Source: Eledone cirrhosa
Lineage: Eukaryota
Direction: 5' to 3'
DNA: 64,000 nucleotides
NCBI GenBank assembly: GCA_964016885.1
Contig: OZ024741.1
Location: 114,390,001 to 114,454,000, forward strand
Shown: one piece after another, positions 42,599 through 58,905 of the stretch
Numbering within the stretch: the stretch's first letter is position 1
Layout of the letters: each line of letters starts with the position of its first letter
Notes under the pieces: generated by a model
Database searches by the model: none
Seen by the model: the letters and a program-made list of their open reading frames with translations, nothing else
Told to the model about the DNA's origin: nothing
Translations under genes and position numbers: made by a program

Positions 42599-42713
42599 AT
42601 CATCATCATCATTTTACGTCCGCTTTTCCCTGCTTGCAAGGGTGGGACGGGTCTTATTCAACAACAGCATCTCTCCACATACATATGTATATACATATAT
42701 ATATATACATATG

Positions 42714-42763
<50 letters not shown>

Positions 42764-42764
42764 G

Positions 42765-42806
<42 letters not shown>

Positions 42807-43039
42807 TATATCATATATATATGTATATACATATATATATATCATATATATATGTATATACATATATATTATATATATATATATATACATATGTATATAT
42901 ATATATATTATATATATATATATATATACATATGTATATATATATATATATTATATATATATTATAAATATATATATATATATATACATATGTATATATA
43001 TATATATTATATATATATAAATACATATGTATATATATA

Positions 43040-43940
43040 ACTTTGAATAACTTTGAAATGTTTTGGCCAGTATTGGCCCAGGCCATGTCTAACTTAATAG
43101 CACCACCTGGCGAAGTCTTTCAATTCAGGATTTGGGCACCATGGCCCATTCGAGAAGAGAATTACTGTTTGCGGAGACATATCCGGGTGTGGGTGGTTTG
43201 TCCGGGATTACTTGGAGGAATTTGTCCAAAGACTTCTTGAATTTTGTGTGGTCAGTTTCTGTTTTGACGTGTCCTGGTGTGATGTTGAAGAGAGCAGGGC
43301 CGATTGAGGTGAAATAATTGTGCCGTATTGTTGTTATGAGTTGCGATTTAGATTTTTGAATGGGACGGATAGCACGGGGCCCAAGCCTTGGGTATATCTT
43401 GAAGGCGATGCCAACATCATTTGGGCAGTGATGATGGAACATTTTCCACATCATGCAGATAATATAACGCTCACGGCGACGTTGGAGTGAGTAAAGTTTC
43501 AGGTTTTCTAATCGACCCCAGTAGTCAAGGTCTGACATGCCATCTATCTTTTTCGTGATTGCCCTTTGAGGAGCTTCAAGTTTCATGATACTTTGTTTCG
43601 TGTGGGGAGACCACAGTGGACAACAGTATTCAAGGTGTGGTCGGGCGAAAGTAGAGAAGAGAAGGATAATGGTGCGGGAATCTCTCGACTGGAAGGTTCT
43701 GAGGATCCAGGAACACATTCTGCGGGCCACGTCAACTTTGCTGCTTATATGCGTGGTCCAGCTTATGTTGCTGTCCACGGTTACTCCCAAGTCTCTGATG
43801 TTGTTAGATGCCACGAGAGTTTCCCCGGAGTGAAGGGAGTACGGGAGTTTCAGAGCATCCTCTTTTCCAAAGTGGATCAGTTCGAATTTGTCTTCGTTCA
43901 GTAACATGTTGTTCTTTTCCGCCCATTGGGTAACAGCCAA
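43040..43940 (-). mobile_element. 5'-truncated CR1-clade LINE 3' end
   Basis: RDLGV, RPHLEYC..LWSP, QRAITK, LYSLQRRRER, FKKSLDKFL. Short 3' UTR ending in tandem ttcaaagtta. Confidence 0.9.
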
Positions 43941-43985
43941 TGTATATATATATATATTATATATATATATACATATGTATATATA

Positions 43986-44016
<31 letters not shown>

Positions 44017-44064
44017 CATATGTATATATATATATATATACATATGTATATATATATATTATAT

Positions 44065-44100
<36 letters not shown>

Positions 44101-44149
44101 CATATGTATATATATATATATATTATATATATATATAATATATATATAA

Positions 44150-44612
44150 TAGTAATAATAATAAATTTGAAGACTAAAATCCAGAGGGCTCGATAAGGAA
44201 AATATATATCAAATATATAAGAACCGTGGAGCAAATATTTATTAAAATAACAGATTAAAGTTTAAGCAAAGAATCGCTACTTTCACCCTTAACGGGATCT
44301 TCTGAAACTAACAAAGTCAATCTGTGAACACAGAAGTGAATATTTCAAAAAAACGTTGCAACCGGAGGAAGACAGGAAGACGATATTTTGGTTCGTGGAA
44401 ACGTTCCTTGGCAAAGATCGGGAAAAAATGAATATAATACGTCATTATTTGGAGCGGTGAATAACAATTACACGCAAAGACAACACCACGTTTAGGGTAT
44501 AAAAGAGGTCGTAGACTAATGTTCTCTTAGGTGGTGCATAGAGACGTTTTCTGGCAATGAACGGAAAAAACGAAGATAATACGTCATATGTGGAGCAGGG
44601 AGAACAATTGCA
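44150..44612 (-). mobile_element. PLE-like 3' end with HHR-like motif (CAGAAGA core) at 44260-44308
   Basis: gttt-CAGAAGA-t-ccc-gttaa-ggg-t-GAAAG-tag..ttg-CTT-aaac. (TA)n flanks. Confidence 0.62.
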
Positions 44613-44638
44613 ATATATATATATACATATGTATATAC

Positions 44639-44693
<55 letters not shown>

Positions 44694-44719
44694 TATAGTA
44701 ATATATGTATATTCATATG

Positions 44720-44760
<41 letters not shown>

Positions 44761-44761
44761 G

Positions 44762-44794
<33 letters not shown>

Positions 44795-44806
44795 ATATGT
44801 ATATAC

Positions 44807-44842
<36 letters not shown>

Positions 44843-44848
44843 GTATAT

Positions 44849-44880
<32 letters not shown>

Positions 44881-44882
44881 CA

Positions 44883-46722
<1,840 letters not shown>

Positions 46723-46746
46723 TATATATATATATATATATATCAG

Positions 46747-46912
<166 letters not shown>

Positions 46913-46917
46913 TATCA

Positions 46918-47019
<102 letters not shown>

Positions 47020-47021
47020 CA

Positions 47022-47078
<57 letters not shown>

Positions 47079-47184
47079 CATATGTATATATGTATGAGAG
47101 AGAAAGAGAGACAAAGTAGGCTATGTTTATAAGCAACAAGTGAAGTTTGAAAATAGGTAGTAGCATGTGCTAAATATATATATA

Positions 47185-47565
47185 ATCATCATCATCACCA
47201 TTTTACGACCGTTCTTCCACGCTAGCATGGGTTAGATGGGTTGTCCTGTTGTGGGCAGTGTCCGGTCGGCTGACCTTGTCTTGCTCTGATTCTGGCTTGA
47301 TTTCTACAGCTGGATGCCTTTCCTAACACCAACCTCATTTACTCATTTACAGTGAGTGCTAGGTGCTTTTATGCCATGGCACCTCCACGACTACTTTGCA
47401 GTGGAATGATAGGGACCCCAGTCCTATCATCTCATTTCTACAGCTGAGTAAACTGGATCAATGTGAAATAAAGTGTCTTGCTCAAGGAAACAACACATCA
47501 CCCGGTCCAAGAATTGAACTCACAACCTTTCGATTGCAGGCCCAATGTTCTAACCACTAAGCCAC
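47185..47565 (-). mobile_element. Full-length tRNA-headed SINE with RTE-derived 3' tail
   Basis: Head gtggcttagtggttagaac..gagttcaattc, then ccttgagcaagacact core, then ggaaaggcatccagctgtagaaa, then (GAT)n. Confidence 0.8.
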
Positions 47566-47586
47566 ACACACACACACACGCACACA

Positions 47587-47690
<104 letters not shown>

Positions 47691-47749
47691 CATACAGAAA
47701 CACATATACATATATGAAATATGGATTTTGTTTTCTTATTTCTTTTCAG

Positions 47750-47920
47750 GAAGATCTTCTTGAAGAACTGAAGGAGAAGACAGCAGAAGCTAGTCAACAG
47801 AAGGCTTTCTTAGACAACTTATTGTCTGCTGTTGTAAAGCATGCTCCTTGGCTTCTCGATGATGTTGACGCTGATTTAGAGAGTATGGCAATGATGTCTC
47901 ATGGAGAGCAGTGGTGTTAG
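47750..47920 (+). CDS. Terminal coding exon of a host gene, coiled-coil/FIP-RBD-like C-terminus
   Basis: Strong polypyrimidine acceptor ttttcttatttcttttcag|GAA. EDLLEELKEKTAEASQQKAFLDNLLSAVVKHAPWLLDDVDADLES..EQWC*. Coding-like composition. Confidence 0.7.
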   Translation, partial: EDLLEELKEKTAEASQQKAFLDNLLSAVVKHAPWLLDDVDADLESMAMMSHGEQWC

Positions 47921-48049
47921 GAAGTTTTCGTTTCGCTCTGATGTCCCTTCCAACTAGAAGACGACATAGTGCTCTTAGCTCTTAGTTTGTTTATCTCTCT
48001 CTTTTATTTTTCTATCTCTGATACACATTTTATTTTATAATTACATCTT

Positions 48050-48275
48050 GGGTAGGATTGTGGATTGGCTGAATTGGTAGAGCATTGGATAAAATGCCAT
48101 CATGGTATTTATTCTGGCACTTTAAATTCTGAGGTCAAATCCTGTTGAGGTCAACATTGCCTTTCATCCTTCCAAGGTCGATAAAATAAAGTACCAGTCA
48201 AGTACTGGGGTTGATTTAATCAAGTTTGATCTTCCCTCAAATTTGCTGGCCTTTTGCCTAAATTAGTAAGCAATT
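48050..48275 (+). mobile_element. Deu/Nin-like SINE (further copies about 53405-53500, 53765-53955, 59690-59890 on minus)
   Basis: ggctgaattggtagagc head, gaggtcaaatcc, ctttcatccttccaaggtcgataaaataaagtaccag. Confidence 0.8.
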
Positions 48276-48341
48276 ATATCTTGGATATTTCCATTAGTGT
48301 TTGGAGGGAGAGTATACAACATTAAAAGGGAGTGGGAGAAA

Positions 48342-48375
<34 letters not shown>

Positions 48376-48929
48376 GATACAAATAACAATAACAATGTAG
48401 ATTTGATTCTTTTAATTGCTTTTATGTTTATTTTCATATATTTTTTTAGTTTACTCTGAATAATTTGCTTTTATATTTGTTTTTATTTGTATAAATCACT
48501 AATATATACACTCACATACACACATACACAAACATATGTTCATGCACACACATTCATATATCACACCTATTTTATCAACCACTTTCTTTCCTCATTTCTC
48601 CACTTAAACAACCAATCACAACTGCCAGAATCTTCCAAATTATACCAGCTCCACCTTTCATACATTTCAAGAACCTAGCTGTTCGTACTTTCTTAGTTCT
48701 TCTTGGTATTTGTTTTTCCTTATGAGACAGGTTATATCTATAACTAATTTTATTGGTTATTCTATAAAATCAACTTGACTTTTTGGCATTGATAACCTGA
48801 TCTTCTGACATATGGTATACAAAGTTCAAATGATTAAGACTGGAGCAACAATGTCATACAGTGCAGTGGATACACCCACATCTTACACAGTTTTAAATAG
48901 TGTACTTTTGAACATATGTGGCTGTAAAA

Positions 48930-48964
<35 letters not shown>

Positions 48965-49462
48965 GAAAATGTCTGTCTGTCTGTATGCAGGCAATGCATT
49001 TCCATAGTTTCTATCCGATTTTGTTCAAAATTGATACATAGGTTATTTACCTCCTAAAGCATGTCAACATATAGGTTAAATCTTGCTTTCCCCTAAAATA
49101 GCAGTGTTCTGGGCCTATTTAAAGATGGCCATATTGAGGAAAGGCGGGTCTTTATTGACAGTGGCAAAGGTGTGCCCAGCAATGACAGGCTCTTTTGCTA
49201 GTAAGAAATAAATCAAGAAGTTGTAAAACTCTTAATGTTCTGTTAGGCATGAAACTGTACTTCCTACTTTAAGGGAGAAACTCTAACCCTTACTGCTATT
49301 GTTATTTTACTTGAAGTTATGCTTGAAGGTATCTTTATATAAAAGGGCCTTGAGCATACAGGTTTTTGATTTACACATAGAGATTGGGGACTCAATTGAC
49401 GGCATAAGATTCAAGCCCATTATGTCTGCTTATTTGTGTGTGTATATATGTATATATATATA

Positions 49463-49770
49463 ATCATTGTTTAACGTCCATTTTACCATGTTAGCATGGG
49501 TTAGATGAGTTGTCCCATTGTGAGACAAGTCAGGTCACATGGCTGTCTTGTTCATAAAGAACTGTTTCTGGTTTGGTTTTTACAACTGGATGCCATTCCT
49601 AACACCAACCACATTTACAGTGTGGACTGGGTGCTTTTGTCGTGAGGGCTAGGTATTCTTTTGTCATGTTACCTTCTAGGAAGAACTAGGTACTCTTTTA
49701 TCATGGCACCAACATGGCACCTTACATAGTGAAATAGGGGCTTTTGTTGTGTCACCAGCATGACTACCAC
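49463..49770 (-). mobile_element. Older RTE 3' UTR / RTE-tailed SINE copy
   Basis: Diverged match to 41130-41390. Confidence 0.7.
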
Positions 49771-50369
49771 ATAAAAAAAATTGAAATCAAAACATCTTGA
49801 TTTCATTGTTTTGTAAAGAGCTCAATGGAACTAAAATGTGAAAAAAATCCATTCCAGAGCACACTTATGCAAGAATATTACAGGAAACCATATGAATTAT
49901 ATATTGTAATAAATATGACAAGGTACAAAAGTAATCAATATAAAATTATTAATTACATTACTAATTATACTCATACAGCTGTTTCAAATCTCAGAGAAAA
50001 AAATCCACCAACTGCCATGGTTAAATAAACAAGGTAGAATTAATGGATTTGGAGACCTAGATTTTCCTCAGTAGATAAGAATAGATTTCCAAAGACAAAT
50101 GAAAGAGAACCCTAGTTAAATAAAGTACTCGATCATGCTGATGATTTCAAGCAAATGAAACAGCACTTGTCTTGAAGAAGTCATTTTCATATTTGTAGAA
50201 ACACTAACACACACACACACATACACAGACATATTTACACACACGTACATTCATATATTACATACATATATGAAATTTATATATGCCTGTTTAGATTCTA
50301 GATTTAATTCCTACACTTCTTCTTTTTTACCCACTTATTTCTGAGAGACTCGTGGGGGCAGAGTCCTCA

Positions 50370-50640
50370 AACACTACTTCCAGTGGTCCTGTCGGAAGCA
50401 ACCATCTCCAAGTGAGACTAAAACTGAGCTCAATAATGTTATCCAACCATCCTTCTGGGAGTCTACCAGTTGATTTTGCCTATAAAATCTGTCCAGTGAT
50501 TCTTTCTTAAGACATTCTAACCACATTCCTGTAGTATCAGAGCTGTGATTTCTCAATTTGGAGAATTAGCAGCTCTACTTCGAGTGACTCTCTGATCTCC
50601 GAGCTATGCACTCTATTGAGTAATGTTACTACTAAGACTC
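50370..50640 (-). pseudogene. Degenerate RTE-like ORF 3' end
   Basis: LRYYRNVVRMS..GRLPEGWLDNI-like remnant, similar to 9970-10275. Confidence 0.5.
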
Positions 50641-53600
50641 TTCGTAGGAACCCAATTCAGTTGCTTGTAATTACAATCGTATTCTTTCGATCCTTACCCT
50701 AAATATATATTAATTCTCAGCTCTAATGCTTTCTGATTTTAGCATATTTTGTTTATTTGTTTGTTGTGTTTGTTTTTTTATAGTCTTGTTTATTTCTTTT
50801 TTGTTTGCTACACCATTTTGATAATTCAAGGATATCGCAGTTTGTTATTTATGTATCCCTAGTGTATTTGATAAGGGGTTATTTCTGTTTTGTTGGGGCA
50901 TGTACATGGGAGTGGGGGTGCAAGTAGTTAGTGAAAGTGGCTGGGTAGAAGAAATAAAAAAAATATAAAGGTGAAAAACTCAGGTATTTTAAGCGATCTC
51001 ATTGATTACTGTCTTAAGCAATATCCTATTTTTGTTAATTTGTGTGTATAGGGTTGATGGAGAAGAAAGGATGTAGTAGGTGGTGGTTGGAGTATAATTG
51101 AGTGCATCAACCTCAGTATATTACTGGTATATTTATTATATTTCTCTACAAGGGAGACAAGAGAAAAATGAAAGTTGAGTAAATCCCAGCAATTTTTTTT
51201 TTAATTCAGAAAGATGAAGCCCCACCCCAACTAGACATACTATTATAACCTTCTCGACAATATTTACTGCTCTGTTAAGAAAACTGAGACCTATGAGGAG
51301 TATGAATGAGAAGTTGTGGCTTCATGCTGTTCTTAGAAAGCCTTAAGAAAAATAATTGAAGTACAGGTACAACACTGATTTTCTGGCTCCCTGAGTTACC
51401 CACCTGCAAAGAGTTATTTGTTTGGCTGTTTTGCCGGACTATATAATAATCCACTAGAAATATTTCGATAGATCTGGGGCCTCTATGATTAAAACACCCA
51501 AGAAACCTCCTATGAGATACAACCTCATAGAAGGCCAGCTAAACTGCCGTAGGCATGGGCTATAAATAAAAATTTTTTTTTGTTTCATTGGAAACATTTT
51601 ATCTGAATTCAAAAACACTTTCCAGACTCCTCAACTATAATAATATAAAGGTGCAATTGTTTAAAATTATATCTAATGACATGCAATAACTTCCTAATGG
51701 GAATTAACTAGTCTAGCAAGTCACAGGTAAATTAAAATGTCCAGCTATAATTATATTTGGATAAAAGAGGTGCCAGACCATCAGTTGCTGGAAAATTGGT
51801 ATTGTACCTGTAATACCTATTGGGATGTTCTCTCATTGAACTGCTTGTTCCCTTACACAAGGGGAACACAATTCATTATTGAACTGTTCCTTTAGGTTAA
51901 AAAGGACTACAAAAAATTGATCTGTTGTCTTAGACAAAGTTATAAAATCAATTCAAGTGCGAAACTTTTGAGACCTGATTTCCTCCACACCAACATCAAG
52001 GAACATGTTGCACTGTTGTTGTTGTTATTGTTGTTATTGTTATTATCATTATTATTATCACCAGTCAAGTACTTGGGTCGATATATTCGGCTGTTCCCTT
52101 CCCCCAAATTTGCTGGCCTTGTGCCTAAATTAGATATTATTATTATTATTATTAATATTATTATTATTATTATTATTAATTATCACCACAGTCATCATCA
52201 TCATTAAGACACTGTATACCTCTGATATAATATGGATACTTTACAGATTGCCCAGACTTCATGGATTATTGAGGTTTTATACATTATTTGAAATTCCTGA
52301 ATTATCAAGTACTTATTTTTTATTTTTTTGCTTAAAAAAAAACAATAAATAAAAAAGCAAAACAATCTCAATCTCTCTCTGATGACTCATTAATGACCAG
52401 TTTCTATGAACCCGCAGCACTTCACAAATCATGGAAACATTTATCTATGGATAAATAAAACAGAAAAAAAAGCCATTGCAGATTGCATTATTGAGGCATT
52501 CTGGGATTCCTAAGATAATATCATATTTTAAAGCCCCCCCCCCCCCCCCTTTTTATGTATCCTCCCCTCCCCAAGAAAATAGAGGTCAAAATGGTATTAT
52601 CACTATATCGGAAATGATATATTTTAAAGAGCCTTTGTTACCTCCATTGCAACATAGATATCACATTTTAAAGTCCCAATTTCCATCGTATTTCCTCACA
52701 AGATTGGTCAAAATTGTGTATCATCACTATACTGTAGATATCACATTTGAAAACCACTCTTTTCTTCATATGTCCTCACCACCCCAAAATACATAGAAGT
52801 CAAAATTGTATTATCAGGTATTAATATCGTAGACATTGTCAGTGTGATATGTTACTCATTTAATGTTATTACTGTAGAGCAACTTACAAGGGTGGATATC
52901 AATAAAAATCCAGAAGATTTAGTAAGGGTGGGTGGTGTGAGTGTAGTAGGCAGTGGAGAGTTGACTAAATGTTGTTAATTTCTGTCCAAACTCTACACTT
53001 TGTCTATGTCTTCTTTTCAAAGCCCCTTCAAAACTGAATTAGTAATTCTCCCTTTGAGACAACATACTCATTTTGTGTATCATTGTATGTTGATTGGGTT
53101 AACTCAAATATATCAACTTATGCTGTTTTCATGCAACTATGACTGATAAATTCCATGTATATATAAACATATATACATAAATACATAATGTAATAGTTTT
53201 ACTGAATCATGTGTGTAGATGTTATGATAGTATAAAGTATAGTGTGATTGTGTTAGTGTTTCCTTCTTCATGGTTGCCAAAATCTTCAATATTTTTTCAA
53301 TGTAGACAATGAGTAACAAAATCTTTAATTATTATCTATTTGATAATTCTTCCCTTTCTTAGAAAAAAATATATATATATATAATATTATTCAAAATAGA
53401 AATATATATTGTTTCTACTTTAGGCACAAAGCCAGCAATTACTTAGTTTATCGACCCCGTAAGGATGAAAGGCAAAGTCAACCTCGGCGGGATTTGAAAT
53501 GAATATATATGAAAGCATATATGATATGATTATATATAATAAACAGTCTTGCTATGACTGTTTTAAGCTGTGATCATGTCACAGCTATCGCAGAAGCCAT

Positions 53601-53735
53601 GTGAGAACGCTAGACACTAGTGTTTCAGGATTTTTTATCCATCAGTAGTGATATTTACTTGGTACTGAGACAAGAATAAGCTGCAGATTATAAACTTTTA
53701 TAAATAAACATATCACATATGTTTTCATATATATC

Positions 53736-53769
<34 letters not shown>

Positions 53770-53949
53770 GTTTCTACTTTAGGCACAAGGCCAGCAATTA
53801 CCCAGTGCATTACTGGTACTTTATTTCATTGATCCCGTAAGGATGAAAGGCAAAGTCAACCTCGGCGAGATTTGAACTCAGATCGTAAAGGGACGTAACT
53901 ATGCTGGAAAGCATGGCGTCCAACCCTCTACCGATACTGCCAATCCACC

Positions 53950-54163
<214 letters not shown>

Positions 54164-56149
54164 CCATGCTAGCATGGAAAATGGACATTAACTGATGATA
54201 TATTTATATATAAATATAAATACACACACACATATATATAGTGTGTAGGTGTGTGTGGAGAATCATTGAACTATTAGTATGTTATATATGTTCACTTGCA
54301 ATCACAAGGTTCTGTGTTTGATTTCACTGCATGGCATCTCAGGCAAGTTTCTTTACCATAGCCTTGAATCGATCCAAGCCTTGTGAATTTGTAGAAACCC
54401 ATCAAATGGATTGTACCTGTAGTTTAAAGGTCCAGCTGTGTCATATATTGTCTCATGCTGATTTGGTTTGGGAATTTAGTTTACAAGTACACATGTGTCT
54501 ATGAAATACCCAATCACATATGTTAATTCATAAGCTAAATGTACAGTTGATTGAACAACTGAATTTTCATCATCAAAACTAATGGAGAATACATCATTTT
54601 AATGAACAACAGTGAATATCTGTGGAGGTGTGTGGCTTAGTTCTTAGAGAATTGGATTCACAATTGTGAGGTTTAGAGTTCCTGGGCTGGATGATGCATT
54701 ATGTCCTTGAGCAAGACACTTTATTTCATATTGCTCTTTCTGTCAAGTGTTGCGGCTGGCAGATAGTATCCACAATGGAAAGACCGATGGAAACATTATT
54801 TCCTTGGTCCAATTTGATGAGCTCCACCTCACTCAGTAAGTGAATGAGGTTTGGGATCTTGTCAATCAATAAAAAAAATCTGCAGGAAGATTTTGATCAG
54901 TGGCTCAATTGTGAGTGTTGTCGCTCCTAGTAATGCCAGAGACACCAGGCATTTTTAGGGAAACATTACATTTATCAACCCTTTAAAATATCTGGCCCAT
55001 AGTGTTATGTTACACACATTTCTAGGTAATTATGCTACAGGACAAGGTATACTAAGGTATAGGGTTTAGAGTATGAGGTATAGTAGAGAAGTTTCGTATA
55101 TAGGCATAGTGTACATGGTATAGCATATGAGGTATGGTATAGAGGTATAATGGACAAAGTATAGTATACTAGGTATAGTGTAGAAATATGATATCTTAGG
55201 TATAGTATAGAAATATGATATAGAAGTAAGGATACACTAACGAAGGATCCTTCATTTTGTTCTGTAATTTAGTAGTTTACAACTGAAATAATTCAAGATT
55301 ATCATGTTAGTTCTTAATATTAACAGCAGGGCAAGAATAAAACAAATCAGGTGAGCTGAACTAGAGAAACAAATTGCTCCCCCCAGTGTCTGCTTGCAAA
55401 AAAAAAACCCTGATGAAAATTAAAAGTAAATGAAGGCATGTCTACACACAGAATGATGTTGAGATTCCAGCATCAGTCCATGCTGGCCCATAAAACAGAA
55501 GTAACACCCAAAGAAAAAAAAATGTATTTAATAACAATTTTAATATTCTAAATTTCATAGATATATATTTAAAACAGTATAGAGCCCCTAGGCTGTAGCC
55601 CACTGAGCCCACTTAGCTCACATATAAATTTGGAACTTATTGGCAACCATGAGAATTTTTTTTAATACTAAAATTAGTACTGTATTGTTGTATTTAAACC
55701 AAACCTTTTATCATGTTGCATTCTAATTAATTAAAGATTTTCATCAGTGTCTTAAGTACTTTTTTCCCTAAAGACCTGTGGGTTTTCTGTCCACCCCTAT
55801 ATCTATCTATCTATTTATCTGTCTGTGTGTGAGTGTGTGTGTTTATGTATATCTTATAAATCAAATGAGACATATACTATTTTAGTTTCAACATCTTCCT
55901 TTTCATTATGATATTTTACTCAAAAAGTAGGTTGAGCAGTTACTCATTGTTATATAATATTCAACCATTTCTCACAATTTTTCCTGACTTATAGCATCTA
56001 TGGGTCTTTTTTTTTAATGTTAAATCCTGAATTATTTCTTGTCATATAATAATTTCTTTGAATATGTCTGTCTGCTGTGATACTATATCATGTGATATTG
56101 TTATAAAAGTTGTATCTCTCTTTAGCTTGTATCCACTTAAAAATCATTG

Positions 56150-56222
<73 letters not shown>

Positions 56223-56225
<3 letters not shown>

Positions 56226-56297
56226 GGTGTCCCAAAAATATATACACACTTTGATTAGAATGCTGTTGAAGTGTGTATACATTTTTAGGACACCCTG
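56223..56297. mobile_element. 75-bp Tc1/mariner-type MITE
   Basis: TIRs cagggtgtcccaaaaatatatacacactt / aagtgtgtatacatttttaggacaccctg with TA on both sides. Confidence 0.8.
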
Positions 56298-57750
56298 TAG
56301 GTAGGTATGTATATATATAAAACACAGTCTGATTATTCTAGTCATATTTCATGATATTCATTCTTTTTCTATAATACATATACTATTGTTCCTGTATGTC
56401 TCTTAGCTACCAGAACTTATCAAGTTTATTCCTATTCACCTCTAATATCATCAAATTGTTCTGTAAAAATAAACAAAAAAAAAAAATCACTCCATTGATT
56501 ATTGTAAACAATATTCACACAGACACTCTCCAAGAGAAAAGAAAGAAAAAGAATCTCCTAAATTCCCAAGTTATTAATCACACTTCATTATAATTCCATG
56601 GTTTTAATCAGTATCTCATTGAATTCATTGTTAGAAAACAGCTCCGGTAACCATTTTTTCGATTAGTACATTTGTTATACCTAATTACTCATGTTTAATC
56701 TTTCTTTATAACTACATACAATTGGCTGCTTCTTTTTGCCTGTCATCCAATCACAATCAATTATTGCTCAGATTTGAATGAAATCTGACCAATCAGAAGA
56801 GAGAAAATTTCATGTTGGAAATGGAACAATGAATGAAACCTAACGCCACAAAATGACTTGTTTCAATTAAATACATAATTTATTTTTCTCTTTTAGATCC
56901 TTTCAAAATTACAGGGGAATAATTTAATAATAATAATAATTTCTCAAAGAAATTAAGAAATTATTCACATAAAGATCTGGAAATGGAGATAAGTTAAATG
57001 TGGATGATGAAAACAGAAAGAATCCCTATAATAATAGTTGCTCTGTGAATGATAAAATCATATACAGACAAATACAATACACAAGTCCCAGATCTAACAA
57101 ACATGTACAGCACAGATAATAGAACTACTTGACACTGCACGCAGGTTACATAAACACTTCAATACAGTAGAAACAACACTACCAAAAACATAACACTGCA
57201 TATACCCAAGCCACACAGAGCTGTGATTGGTAATACAGTGACAGTATACAATGGAAATAAAACTAATAATAATAATGATTTATTTCTTGTATTGACTGTG
57301 AGGGCTCAAGTCATTGGGAACAATACAAGGAGAAAACAACAAAAAATAGTGTTTATATCAGGTAAAAGAAAGGAGACACCATCAAAGGGAAAACAGTAGA
57401 TATAACAATATTAGTAATGTTAGTAACAATAATGAACTTTTTTTTAGATTCAAAGCTCCATTGTAATAATAATAGAGTAATATATATATATAAGGAATCT
57501 ACATGACCCTGAGTGTTTTACTGCTACTTAATTTGTAGATGTAATGGTCACTAATGGTTAAGCTGTAAAATTTAAATGCAAAAGAATCAGGTACTGAGTT
57601 GGATACAATAAAATCTTGTGTTCAAAATTCTATATTTTAAAATCAATAAATACATTGATTCACAAAATAAGATTTAAATCTCTAGTACCTGTAAAACACA
57701 AACACATGCACACATACCCACACATACATTTCCAAGAAGCATTGAGCAAT

Positions 57751-58012
57751 TTTTGAAAGTATGTTAACATAAAGTAAACTGCTTCAATGTTTTTACTATG
57801 AAAATAGTCAAACAAGTTGGTCATATAAGCCCCTAGAGATGGAAAAAGTGTTATAGTAGTGCTGTTATCCAGGATATGGCAGGTGTGAGGTCAATTTCCA
57901 CAGGTGATACTGGACCTTTTATTTTCATCTCTAGGGGGCTTGTGTACTCAACTTGTTTGACTATTTTCATAGTAAAAAAAGTAGCTTTCTTTAAGCTAGC
58001 CTACTTTCAAAA
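57751..58012. repeat. Old palindromic repeat, same family as 9538-9712
   Basis: ttttgaaagt..tactatgaaaatagtcaaacaagttg..cccctagagatg / catctctagggg..caacttgtttgactattttcatagta..actttcaaaa. Confidence 0.65.
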
Positions 58013-58699
58013 TATACCTATTATTTTATTTAACATATCATCCTTAATGTTGAATTCATTTGCTTCATTGAAGCAAGAAAGGGGTCTGATTGCAACTGAA
58101 GATTTTTTAAAGAATATCTTGTTTGATTTTCATGAAATGAAGTTCTCCCCAAGATCCATTGAAATAATACTAAAAATGGTGGTATTACTTGAAAAGGATT
58201 TTTTTTCTTTTGAAGTGGGTGGTCATTTGTCCAAATTTGGCAGTCCATAAGCAGCTTTGTTTTGACATTTTGCACAGCTATAGGTTGGGCATCTCCCGGT
58301 AAAATTGATTAAACAGTTCTTATCTGTTGTTAAATATAAATTTCATTTTAAGATTTTAATAATCATTTAGACATTTACATTTTCTCCAAACATTATAATT
58401 TTCTTTTATTCTATTACCAATTCATCAAACAATCAATCAGATGCCATACCATTCAATGTAAGTGATCAAGTCTGTCCAGAGTACGGTCTCTAACTACTTG
58501 GATTGTGATTGTTGCCTTCTCTGCTGCTAACCAAGATGTTAACTCATCCTACAGGTTTCATCTTTAGCTGTCTCTACTCCTAGGTTTTATCCCTGGTGTT
58601 GTTAGCAGTCTAATGATCAATGTTGAGATTCATCTATGGCTTGTGAGCTTCTTAAAGCAAGGCTCCATTCACAACCTAAGTTTGATTCTGTAAATGACT

Positions 58700-58905
58700 T
58701 TCAATTCATACCGGTTTTAATTCATACCACATAATGGTATTTTAGTCTCCACACAAATCTACTTTGGTCATAGGATATAATAGTTAGACCACTACATATT
58801 TCAATTCATACTGGTTTTGTTTCATACCAGAGAAGAGTATTTTCTTCTACACACAAATCTACTTTGGTCATCAGTAAATAGGATACAATAGTTAGATCAC
58901 TACAA
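58700..58905 (+). repeat. About 100-bp imperfect tandem duplication
   Basis: ttcaattcatac..acacaaatctactttggtcat..atagttaga.cactaca occurs twice. Confidence 0.7.

Noticed and set aside
47500-47565. tRNA gene
   Set aside because: tRNA-derived SINE head without a full cloverleaf.
56720-56800. Cluster of CCAAT boxes as a promoter
   Set aside because: No adjacent exon or other support.
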